Below are positions 33,027-41,704 of a stretch of DNA of 64,000 nucleotides, in pieces. Positions within the stretch are counted from its first letter, which is position 1. Each line of letters begins with the position of its first letter. The stretch lies in IMG/VR virus record IMGVR_UViG_3300028025_003013, positions 9,487 to 73,486 of that record. The stretch is one strand, 5' to 3'. The translations under genes and the position numbers were made by a program. The notes beneath the pieces were generated by a model. That model was given only the letters and a program-made list of their open reading frames with translations. It was not told where the DNA came from and did no database searches. The stretch comes from a virus.

Positions 33027-35032
33027 TATGTACCGTATCGTTTCTGCATTTGATTCTGAACACCTTGATTTGGATTACGCACTGGTGGCTTAATCGCATA
33101 GGTGCTAGAACTATTGTTGTTAACGCTACTCATTGGAGCAATAACTGTGCTTGACGAAGAAGCTGGAGCATTCTTTGCCATCTCGCTTTCAGCAGACTGT
33201 GCAGCAACCTGATTGCCTGTCTGTGGTTGCGATGGTGTGAGTTTTGCTGATGTGCCTTCAGCGATCTGTTTTAATTTATCTGCACCACCGAATGCTTCGA
33301 TGTCTCGCTTGCTGCCATTATCAAGAATGTTCTTAGCTTCTTCTGCAGTTATCTTAGCCTTAGACATATCCGGATTAGCAACTGCCTTTGGTGCATCAGA
33401 ACTTGGTTTAGCTGCAGCGCCAGCTTCTCCACCACCTGCTGGCGCAGGAGCAGAACTTTCTTTCTTGAATGGGTAGAATGGTCCGATTGAAACTTTCTTA
33501 CCAATAACTGGAATTGTGAATCCAACTTCTGGTATACCGAATCCTTCTAAGAAACCAAACACCTGATCTTTAATGTTCTTAAAGAAGTCTACAAGTGGTG
33601 TAAAGAATGTCTTTATCGGTTCAACAATATACTCATTAAGCATATCGCCAACAGCTGACACCGCACTCATGATCGGTTCAGCAATATACTTGTCGAATGC
33701 TTTACCCAAGAATCCAAAGAAATCTTTCAATGGTTGAATAATGTAGTCGTCAATAAAGCCACTGAACCAGTCTACGATAGAACGAATTGTCTTGGCATCA
33801 ATTAGACCGAATGTCAAGAATGAAAGAATGCCACCAAAACCAGCGATCAATGCTTCAGCAATTGATCCAGTTTCCATGAATGCTTTAAAGCCATCGATGA
33901 TACCATTGACCAGAGAGCCAATAATCATTGCAGGCAATAAGAACTTTGTGAATGCTTTGAGCAGGTTCTTGGGATTAAACAGGAACTTGGCTGCATTAAG
34001 AATACTACTTCCAAGCATGCTCATGATGCCGTCTAAGAATCCGCCACCACTTTCTGCTTTTGGTTTCTGAGCATCGTTTGGTTTTGCGCCACCACCAGTA
34101 TTCTCTGCGATTGTTTTAAGCAAGTCAGTTTGCTCTTGTTCCTTCTTCTGGCTTTCCATATCAGCTTCTGACATGTCAGCTGGTCCGAGACTCGAGGATT
34201 GTGTTTCTGGGAATTTAATTATCTTAGCCGTTGTGCTTTCTGGGGCAGCTTCTTCTTTGGCTTTTTTAACTCTTGTAAAGGTTCTTACACGACCTTCATC
34301 CGATGGGTCAAGTGAACCTTTTGTAGATGTAGTACGTACATCTGCTTCCTTGACCATTTTGTTTCTGGCTTCTTTACCCATCTCATGGTAACGTCCAGTG
34401 TCGGCATTAAACTTAACTCTGCCTTCATTTACCTTACGAATTACCGACTGCTCTTCCAGCGACTTCTGTAGCTTCTCAACAACAATAGGTGAATTGTCTG
34501 CAATGATTTCAAGCAATTCAATTTGCTCTCTCATCAAATCAGCATTCTCATTCTTTGCTGGCTGTGCGTCATTTGGTTTGACATCAACAGGTTGGGCAAC
34601 AGGTTCTTCCTGTGGTTTAAACTTATTCTCTCTGTTCTCGAGATACTTGTCAGCTACACGACCTGGACCAGTTTCATTATGACCACGTTTAAGAATACTT
34701 GTCTTGTCCAAGAATCCACGCACAGTGAACAGATCTTTCATCCACTCTTTGCCAGCACCAACCAATCCTGGTGGTCCGCTTTTTGTCTGCGCCATACCCT
34801 TGGCTGGGGCTACATTAACCTGTATGGTGTTTAATGTTTTAGATAATTCACCTTTGTCACCGAGACTATCAACCATAGTCTTATTCAGTTGTTCTAACTG
34901 AGCAAGTTGCTTCTTGGCGAAGTCTACGTAAAGTACATTGTTTTCTTTGGTTAGTGTTTCCAGTTTAGACGTTGATGTTCCTCCCAGACCTTCTGAGGTT
35001 TGCATCTTTTGTTTGTCTAATACTTGTTTCAT
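33026..35032 (-). CDS. tape-measure / baseplate hub-like protein (gp29-like)
   Basis: Long helical protein with hydrophobic and amphipathic repeats downstream of gp26/gp51; start moved to the ATG overlapping the gp51 stop. Confidence 0.65.
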   Translation of the reverse strand: MKQVLDKQKMQTSEGLGGTSTSKLETLTKENNVLYVDFAKKQLAQLEQLNKTMVDSLGDKGELSKTLNTIQVNVAPAKGMAQTKSGPPGLVGAGKEWMKDLFTVRGFLDKTSILKRGHNETGPGRVADKYLENRENKFKPQEEPVAQPVDVKPNDAQPAKNENADLMREQIELLEIIADNSPIVVEKLQKSLEEQSVIRKVNEGRVKFNADTGRYHEMGKEARNKMVKEADVRTTSTKGSLDPSDEGRVRTFTRVKKAKEEAAPESTTAKIIKFPETQSSSLGPADMSEADMESQKKEQEQTDLLKTIAENTGGGAKPNDAQKPKAESGGGFLDGIMSMLGSSILNAAKFLFNPKNLLKAFTKFLLPAMIIGSLVNGIIDGFKAFMETGSIAEALIAGFGGILSFLTFGLIDAKTIRSIVDWFSGFIDDYIIQPLKDFFGFLGKAFDKYIAEPIMSAVSAVGDMLNEYIVEPIKTFFTPLVDFFKNIKDQVFGFLEGFGIPEVGFTIPVIGKKVSIGPFYPFKKESSAPAPAGGGEAGAAAKPSSDAPKAVANPDMSKAKITAEEAKNILDNGSKRDIEAFGGADKLKQIAEGTSAKLTPSQPQTGNQVAAQSAESEMAKNAPASSSSTVIAPMSSVNNNSSSTYAIKPPVRNPNQGVQNQMQKRYGT

Positions 35033-35214
35033 TTGCTTTGCATCCTTTGTTTTTCTTCTTCTAACCATTGAATCAACATAGTCACATATATCTCTCGTTC
35101 AAACGGGAACATTTCCTCTAACTCTTCCAAACTATACTTATGGTATTGCATAAGAGCAAAGTTTGTTTTGTAGTAGTTATAGAGAGACTCATGACAAAGG
35201 TTTATTAAAAAAAA
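35029..35214 (-). CDS. gp51: gp51-like baseplate hub assembly chaperone (-1 frame of gp26)
   Basis: Not in the track; HESLYNYYKTNFALMQYHKYSLEELEEMFPFEREIYVTMLIQWLEEE; first ATG only at 35151. Confidence 0.85.
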   Translation of the reverse strand, partial: FFLINLCHESLYNYYKTNFALMQYHKYSLEELEEMFPFEREIYVTMLIQWLEEEKQRMQSK

Positions 35215-35924
35215 CTGTTAAGACCCTCGATCACCTTTTCATGGTGATGCTTACATACAGGGCAGTCGTACTGCACTTCCTTTGACAGCTTTGGCATTGT
35301 TTCGAAGAACTGTTGAATCTTCTTAAATTGATCTTGGGTTAAATTCTCCAAGAACTCTTGTAACTCTGTTTCGGTTTGATCTTTGGCATAGTGCAACTCG
35401 TCACCATCATAGATCAAATCGATAGAACTGGTAATAACTTTAAAGACTGAATCGGCATCAGCCTGATCCATACCTTCTAGATCTTTGATCATACTCAGGG
35501 ATGGGTATCTCATCACAACACCTACATCATCGAACAACCCAATCTTCTTGGTGTGTCCTTCTGGAAAATTAACCTGCAACTTAGATAGATCAAAGGTCAA
35601 CTTAACTCTTGCCTTTGTATCTTCGTCTGGGCATACGTCACAGGCAACTACGATCTCTACGATCTCGCCAACAGACTTAGATCTAAGCTGGGCAAAGATA
35701 TACTCAATATCGAACAGCGCCAGCTTTTCTACATCTAGTTCTGTTCTTACGCAGGACTTGATAATCTGCTTAAGCGTATCTAGCATTGCAACTGGATCTT
35801 CGCTTTGCTGGGCAATGAGAAGTGCCTTTTCTTCTTTAACTAAAAAGGCACGAAACTTAATCTCTTGTTTCGTCGAAGGTACTGTTGCGGTATATACTGC
35901 TGCATTCTGAATAGGTAATGCCAT
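35205..35924 (-). CDS. gp26: baseplate hub subunit / chaperone gp26
   Basis: MALP...FR.FLVKEEK.LL.A, FDIEY.F..LR.KSVGE, C..C, ends GL.SFF. Confidence 0.92.
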   Translation of the reverse strand: MALPIQNAAVYTATVPSTKQEIKFRAFLVKEEKALLIAQQSEDPVAMLDTLKQIIKSCVRTELDVEKLALFDIEYIFAQLRSKSVGEIVEIVVACDVCPDEDTKARVKLTFDLSKLQVNFPEGHTKKIGLFDDVGVVMRYPSLSMIKDLEGMDQADADSVFKVITSSIDLIYDGDELHYAKDQTETELQEFLENLTQDQFKKIQQFFETMPKLSKEVQYDCPVCKHHHEKVIEGLNSFF

Positions 35925-35927
35925 ATG

Positions 35928-36350
35928 TCAAACTCCTTTGTTCATGTTATCAATCAATTTGCTCAATTCCGCAGTGCTACCCACGAATATCGCATTATTA
36001 TTTGTTACTTGTTTCGCTGCCTCGGTCTTGCTTGGTGCGTCAAGTATTCGCTTCTTGCCATGCAGATCCATTAACTGATGGTTAATGTCCGCAAGCTGTT
36101 TCATCAAATTACCCACTACCTCAAAGGCACGTGGATGCTCTGAAGATTTTGCAACCTCCAGCGCATGGTTCAATGCATCCTGTCCCTGCTGTAGCAGGTT
36201 GTGTAGATTACCTCTTGATTTGTCATAATCATAATCCACTCTATCATCGGGAGGGAGAATCACTTCTCCACTCTTTGTAATGATCTCACCTGTTACCTTT
36301 TCAGCAGGTTCAAGGTCAAAGATCTCACTCATATTATTATCAATTTTCAT
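35928..36350 (-). CDS. gp16: terminase small subunit gp16
   Basis: DY...R.NL, HPRAFEV...L, NNAIFVGSTAEL. Confidence 0.88.
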   Translation of the reverse strand: MKIDNNMSEIFDLEPAEKVTGEIITKSGEVILPPDDRVDYDYDKSRGNLHNLLQQGQDALNHALEVAKSSEHPRAFEVVGNLMKQLADINHQLMDLHGKKRILDAPSKTEAAKQVTNNNAIFVGSTAELSKLIDNMNKGV

Positions 36351-36355
36351 AGTAA

Positions 36356-36772
36356 TTATAGACTTGGTCTTGGACGTGGTCTTGGTGTTTCGCTTGTTGG
36401 TGTAGGTTCTACGCTTGGTGTTGGCATTGGGTCTGGCATTGGTAAGCTAGATGATGTTCCCATTGCTGGTGGTGTATACGGTACTGGTGTTGTATTGCTT
36501 GCTGCGCCAGCTACCTTTTCCTGAGTGCGACCCCATGCAGCGATACCCAACACAGCACCCATGGCTAAGTGAAACAATCCAGCACCCTGTAAGGTTAGCG
36601 GATTCCACTGAGTCACTGGTTGCTTTAGTAATGTTTGTAGTAGTGCCCATGCGACAGGGAATATAACCATGTCACAGAAACAAACGACCATGTACATCCA
36701 ACCCATGGCTGGACGCCATTTCTTTTGCATCCAATCTTCTTCTTTCTTTTCTACTATAACTTCTTCTGCCAT
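36356..36772 (-). CDS. 3TM-type holin-like membrane protein
   Basis: KWRPAMGW.Y...LG...GRT.EK. Confidence 0.75.
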   Translation of the reverse strand: MAEEVIVEKKEEDWMQKKWRPAMGWMYMVVCFCDMVIFPVAWALLQTLLKQPVTQWNPLTLQGAGLFHLAMGAVLGIAAWGRTQEKVAGAASNTTPVPYTPPAMGTSSSLPMPDPMPTPSVEPTPTSETPRPRPRPSL

Positions 36773-36793
36773 TGTACTTCCTTATTATTGTTA

Positions 36794-37603
36794 TTAGAAC
36801 TCGAAATCACCAAGAAAATCTTCTACCACACCTTCACTTAAACTTTGCGCATCTGCAAATACAGAATCACCAGCACCAGTAAATATGTTTTGGGCATCAC
36901 CGAATATCTGATCTTGATAACCACCAAAGTCGTTGAAGTATTCGTTTGGTATCTCGAATGCAGAATTTATCTGTGACGACAAAGATCTGGTAGTGAAGCC
37001 ATTCATGTTAGACAAGTCACTGCCCACAGTACTAAATCTATCGTTATCTCTAAGAACACTTCCCTGCGTTGCATCAGCTATAGCTGAGGATCTCCAATAC
37101 TTGTAGTTCATGGAGATGTTTACCTTTAGCGTTTCCTTTGCAGCATAATCCATTGTTATAGCTTGCATCTGTTTTGGATAGCACTCATACAACTTAACAC
37201 CGTAAACTGCTCTACCATCGTTATTGAAAGTTAAGATATCAATGTTTGGTGCAATGTAATTGTCGTAGTAATTCCAGTGGCGTGTTTCTCTGTCGGAGAT
37301 CGACTGAATCCAGTTATCAAAGAATTCCTTGACGATGTAGTTGGAGTCGCAGTAGAATGAAAAGTTTACATTGCCGTAAAGGTTCTCGTACGGCATCTCA
37401 CGAACTTCACCATATGTTCTTAGCTGAGCAGTGCTGATGTTCTGGTCTGGTAACTGAGTTTGATCGCAGAACAAACGCATTAGTCGTAGCGAATCGCTGG
37501 CGTTATTAAAAGCAACACCCTTTGGCTGCGCAATAGTTACCATGAACTTGCTTGGGTTAGCTAAACCACGTGTCTTAACTTCTGTGATGAATTCTGATAG
37601 CAT
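36794..37603 (-). CDS. gp54: tail tube initiator (gp54/gp19 family)
   Basis: GLA....F.V, C....LP, F.CD......FF..W, L.E.YP. Confidence 0.75.
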   Translation of the reverse strand: MLSEFITEVKTRGLANPSKFMVTIAQPKGVAFNNASDSLRLMRLFCDQTQLPDQNISTAQLRTYGEVREMPYENLYGNVNFSFYCDSNYIVKEFFDNWIQSISDRETRHWNYYDNYIAPNIDILTFNNDGRAVYGVKLYECYPKQMQAITMDYAAKETLKVNISMNYKYWRSSAIADATQGSVLRDNDRFSTVGSDLSNMNGFTTRSLSSQINSAFEIPNEYFNDFGGYQDQIFGDAQNIFTGAGDSVFADAQSLSEGVVEDFLGDFEF

Positions 37604-38184
37604 TAAATTTTTCCTAGTGAGTCTTGCCAGACTTGGATCTTGGTGGCACCGACAAATCTCTCAACTGGAAGAAGCATGGCCATGGACCAGTCTTTTGAAT
37701 TGATTTTCACAAAAGGCGATCGAACATGAGCCGTTAAGTATTCTTTTACGCATGGCTTTGCTAGATTAAACCTAGCAACTCCGTTGATTGTCGCCCATGA
37801 CATACGTAACTTGGTGTTACCATCCATCTTGTCGTTATTACGAAACTGCTGTAGTCTGTCCAACAGCTTAATACGAATCGGATACGCCAGATAGTGCATA
37901 TTCAATCCACGAAAACCATTCGGTGTTTTAGCAAAGGGAAACACCAGCGGAAACCTATCATAGTAAGGTAGCGTATCTTTATGTTTCGGGTCATACATAT
38001 ACAGGTAGCAGTTACCTGGAATGATCTGAGACCTATTTTGAGATGGGCTATTCTTCACCAACTTATTTGGTGTTGAAACTTGTTTGGACAAAAGCAAGAC
38101 CTGTTGATCGAACCATGTTTTGGAACGATACTTTATGGTTGGATCGTAAACTGCTTTGTCAAAGATTTTTTGGTATGTATCCAT
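37603..38184 (-). CDS. gp2: DNA end protector gp2
   Basis: YDPK.K.TLPYYD.FPL, GLN.HYL, PC.K.YL..HV. Confidence 0.92.
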   Translation of the reverse strand: MDTYQKIFDKAVYDPTIKYRSKTWFDQQVLLLSKQVSTPNKLVKNSPSQNRSQIIPGNCYLYMYDPKHKDTLPYYDRFPLVFPFAKTPNGFRGLNMHYLAYPIRIKLLDRLQQFRNNDKMDGNTKLRMSWATINGVARFNLAKPCVKEYLTAHVRSPFVKINSKDWSMAMLLPVERFVGATKIQVWQDSLGKI

Positions 38185-38193
38185 ATATTCTAT

Positions 38194-38631
38194 TTATTTG
38201 ATTCCTAGATGATGTTCTGTAAGTATCTTGAATTCCCATCCACGATCTTTTGCATATTCAGTTGCAGCTTTCCACTTAGCCTCATTTTTACCCCATGTCA
38301 TTACTTCAGTGATATAACGCTGTGTAACTCTGCTGGGAGGGACAGGTGGACGAGTCTGAGAATCTGGCTTAATTTCAACTAGATATGTGGCTAAATTGCC
38401 GTCTTTATTACGCACCTGTATCTGAAAGTCTACGAAATAGCGATGAATTCTATTGTCGGTAGGACAGACGTACGGAATTACAGTCTCCTCGGACTTCCAC
38501 TTTACAACATTTTGGTTACGATCGCACCATGTGGCAAACTTTGTTTCCCATGAGGAACGCATAATGATGTTAGTTGGATCTCCAGAATACTTCTCTGGTT
38601 TCGTTGGAACGAACTTTCTTTTATGATACAT
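38194..38631 (-). CDS. gp4: head completion nuclease gp4
   Basis: P..KY.GD...I..RSSWE, W.SEE..IPY, HRYF.DF, EIKP, N.AKW.AA; true start 38631. Confidence 0.92.
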   Translation of the reverse strand: MYHKRKFVPTKPEKYSGDPTNIIMRSSWETKFATWCDRNQNVVKWKSEETVIPYVCPTDNRIHRYFVDFQIQVRNKDGNLATYLVEIKPDSQTRPPVPPSRVTQRYITEVMTWGKNEAKWKAATEYAKDRGWEFKILTEHHLGIK

Positions 38632-38685
38632 GGCTTTTTTGGCTAATAAATAATAGACTACCCCTCCATTATTTAGAGAAAACCT

Positions 38686-39918
38686 ATGGCAACTGAATAC
38701 GATCAACAAGGCAATCCCATCGGCGATTATAGTGCCGTTGCTGGCGCAACAAGCGGATTTCTTGGATCTGCAGCACCTTCCTATGCTGATACACCAGAAG
38801 GTATTCGCCCACCAATTTCCTCTACAAGAGCAAGTAACAAATACGCTGTTGGCATTAGATCTTTTCCCAAAGATGTCACCACAGCTCAAATGCAGAACTA
38901 CATTAAGTTCTATATCAACGTGCAATCTGATTCTAAGGTAGCCAGAGATAACTCTGAAGAGATGGCTGTTGTTCAACCAGATCGTTCTGCCATGAATAGT
39001 TTAGTGGGTAAGACAACCAGTTCTACCGCATATGCAGCAGCAGCTGCAGCACAGGGTGCTGTTCTGGGATTCGTTGGTGGTATAGCTTCTGGTGCAGCTG
39101 GGGCTAAAGATGCTGTCGGTGCTATTGGTGGTGTCGCTGGTGGTGGTGCAAAAGGTGCACTGGGTGGCGCACTAGTGGGTGGTGGCGTTGCGGCAGTACA
39201 AACAACTGTGCTAGAATCAGCTGGAATTAAATTCGGTGCGCCAGCCAAACGTGTAAAAGAAGCTATAGTTCTCTATACTCCGCAACAACTTAGTGTTCGT
39301 TACGGTATGCAATGGTCCGAAGAAGATGTAGGTATTGCTGCTGCCTTAGCTACCAATCCAGAATTGGCAAACCAGTTGTCAGCTGCTGGTGAGTCTATGA
39401 AAGCTGGTAACGTAAAAGATGGTGCAGCACAGGGTGGTGCTGGTATTGCCAATGCAGCAAAGGGTGCTATTTCCTCAGAGATTTTAAAAGCCAATGCTGG
39501 TCTTTCAGCAATGTCTAGGTCTGCAGGCAATCCAAGAAAAGAACAAATCTTTAAAGGTGTGGACTATCGTAGGTTTACCTTTGACTATCAGTTTGCACCA
39601 AGAGATGCAGCTGAAGCACAGGCTGCATTAAACATTATCTGGTTGTTTAAGTATCACATGCACCCAGAGTTTAAAGATGCAAACAATTTCGTTTATGTTT
39701 ATCCATCTGAATTTGACATTGAGTACTACATCGGTGAGAGGCAAAACACCAGTTTAAACAAGATATCATCATGCGTGCTTACAGAGATGAACGTAAACTA
39801 CTCACCGAATGGTGTATTCACTACATTCCCAGATGGAACTCCGACTCAGATCAACGTAACTCTTAACTTCGTTGAACTAGAGACACTAACCAAAGAACGT
39901 ATCGAGGCTGGTCTATAA
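38686..39918 (+). CDS. gp48: baseplate tail-tube cap gp48
   Basis: NP..EQIFKG...R.F.F...F.P....EA, YPSEFDI.Y, ELE.LT; AATAAATA upstream. Confidence 0.85.
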   Translation: MATEYDQQGNPIGDYSAVAGATSGFLGSAAPSYADTPEGIRPPISSTRASNKYAVGIRSFPKDVTTAQMQNYIKFYINVQSDSKVARDNSEEMAVVQPDRSAMNSLVGKTTSSTAYAAAAAAQGAVLGFVGGIASGAAGAKDAVGAIGGVAGGGAKGALGGALVGGGVAAVQTTVLESAGIKFGAPAKRVKEAIVLYTPQQLSVRYGMQWSEEDVGIAAALATNPELANQLSAAGESMKAGNVKDGAAQGGAGIANAAKGAISSEILKANAGLSAMSRSAGNPRKEQIFKGVDYRRFTFDYQFAPRDAAEAQAALNIIWLFKYHMHPEFKDANNFVYVYPSEFDIEYYIGERQNTSLNKISSCVLTEMNVNYSPNGVFTTFPDGTPTQINVTLNFVELETLTKERIEAGL

Positions 39919-40415
39919 TGTACTTCGACAATATGCAAGACATGTACTACGATTTCCAGAAAGCCAATGGAGAAATAGATTACGTAAAATTAAAAGACAT
40001 AACGCAGAACGTGCGCTTTAAGATGGCAGTTCTAGAGAACATCAGTCTTTACGAATTCTATGATATGAACGACAATGATACTCCAGAGATCGTTTCGGAA
40101 CATTTTTATAATTCTCCAAAGTATCACTGGGTAATTATGATTGCCAATCAAAAGTATGATTACGTTGAAGACTTCCCGATGGCAGTCGACAGGCTAGAAA
40201 AGAAAATCACAGAAAAGTATGGTGCTGGTAACGAGTATGATACTCACCACTATGAGTTCAATGGTTGGATAGTTGACAACATTAGTTATCCAACGGCATC
40301 TGCAGTTTCAAACTATCAATATGAGTTTGACCAGAACGAAGCAAAACGTAGAATACGAATCATCAGTCCAGGATTGCTTGATCAGGTCTTAACCGAATTT
40401 AGAAATATAATGTAA
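39918..40415 (+). CDS. gp53: baseplate wedge gp53
   Basis: MYF...D.PE......Y....HW...AN, E...NE.KR.I. Confidence 0.88.
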   Translation: MYFDNMQDMYYDFQKANGEIDYVKLKDITQNVRFKMAVLENISLYEFYDMNDNDTPEIVSEHFYNSPKYHWVIMIANQKYDYVEDFPMAVDRLEKKITEKYGAGNEYDTHHYEFNGWIVDNISYPTASAVSNYQYEFDQNEAKRRIRIISPGLLDQVLTEFRNIM

Positions 40416-41704
40416 TGGCGCAAAAAGATGGTCTAAGATTTGCTGGCGACGTAGACATTGAACGAGTTGAGATAGTTTCCTCAGCTGGTCGTGGTGTTGA
40501 AGTTACCAATATGATTGCAGAGATTCAGATATTTGAGGATATCTTTTCTCCCTGCGTTACAGGCACAGTTACAATAACTGACAGTATCGATCTGGTAAAC
40601 GTCTTTCCCTTTGTTGGTGAAGAAAAGATTATTCTTAAAATTCGAACACCAGCCATTCCTGATAAGATGAAGGAATCTAGAATTGATCAACAGTTCTTTA
40701 TCTACAAGATGTCTGATCGCAAGGTGCTTGGTGATAAGAACGTATTCTACATCCTGCACTTTTGTTCCTACGAATTAGTTTCCGATGCCAACTTAAAACT
40801 GTCTCGAGCATTTGAAGGTAAGATCTCTGATCTGGCCAAGAAGATAATGAAGACTGAGATCGTTAAGTCCGATCTTCCAATGGACATTGAAGAAACCAAA
40901 AACTCCGTAAAGTATATCTCCAACTATTGGTCTCCGTATAGGAACATGAACTTTCTGGCTGAGAGAGCAATCAGCAGTAGCAATGTTCCAAACTACGTGT
41001 TCTTTGAAAATCGCCATGGGTTAAACTTTGTTTCGCTGTCAGGTTTATTCAGTAAGAAAGACCGAGAGCAGTATACATATGACTCATTTGAACGTGTGCC
41101 GAGAGAACGTGGTTCCATTGTCAATCCAGAAGCAACATTCTCTCGATTCTTGGACTATACAATTGAAACTGGCTTTGATTACATCGAGCGTATCAACAGT
41201 GGTATGTTTGGTAGCAAGATGATTTCGCATGATATTCTGACCAAGAAGTACAGTACGCAGAACGTGAACATGTTCACTAACTTTGAACAAGAAAAACACC
41301 TTAACAAGTATCCAGTTTCTACACAGGATGTGTTGGCACGTTATAATTCAAACATCTTTAATTACCCTAAGTACAATAGCCATATGAATGGTTCTGGGGA
41401 TGATGGTGCTCAGAACTGGTTACAGCGCAGAGTATCACTAATGGCACAGGCGCATGCGTACAGAATGACAGCTGAAGTTCCAGGTAGAACAGATATTACT
41501 GTCGGTGAGATCGTTAAAGTTCAGATTTATAAGTCTTCGCAGACACTTAAAGAAGATGTTAACCAATCGTTGATTGATAATATGTTCTCTGGTAGATACA
41601 TTATTAGCGCATTGAACCACCGCATTACTCGTGAGAAGCATGAGATCCATATGGAATTATTAAAAGATTCCTTGATCGTTGATCCTAAGACAGGAAAGAA
41701 ATGA
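40415..41704 (+). CDS. baseplate hub protein (gp27-like position)
   Basis: I.EDIF....TG...I.D, FFEN..G.NF, SG.Y.I..L.H; between gp53 and gp5. Confidence 0.7.
   Translation: MAQKDGLRFAGDVDIERVEIVSSAGRGVEVTNMIAEIQIFEDIFSPCVTGTVTITDSIDLVNVFPFVGEEKIILKIRTPAIPDKMKESRIDQQFFIYKMSDRKVLGDKNVFYILHFCSYELVSDANLKLSRAFEGKISDLAKKIMKTEIVKSDLPMDIEETKNSVKYISNYWSPYRNMNFLAERAISSSNVPNYVFFENRHGLNFVSLSGLFSKKDREQYTYDSFERVPRERGSIVNPEATFSRFLDYTIETGFDYIERINSGMFGSKMISHDILTKKYSTQNVNMFTNFEQEKHLNKYPVSTQDVLARYNSNIFNYPKYNSHMNGSGDDGAQNWLQRRVSLMAQAHAYRMTAEVPGRTDITVGEIVKVQIYKSSQTLKEDVNQSLIDNMFSGRYIISALNHRITREKHEIHMELLKDSLIVDPKTGKK

Noticed and set aside
38632-38976. 115-aa N-terminal extension of gp4 in the ORF track
   Set aside because: It overlaps the divergent gp48 gene and late promoter; gp4 homology begins at MYHKRKF (38631).
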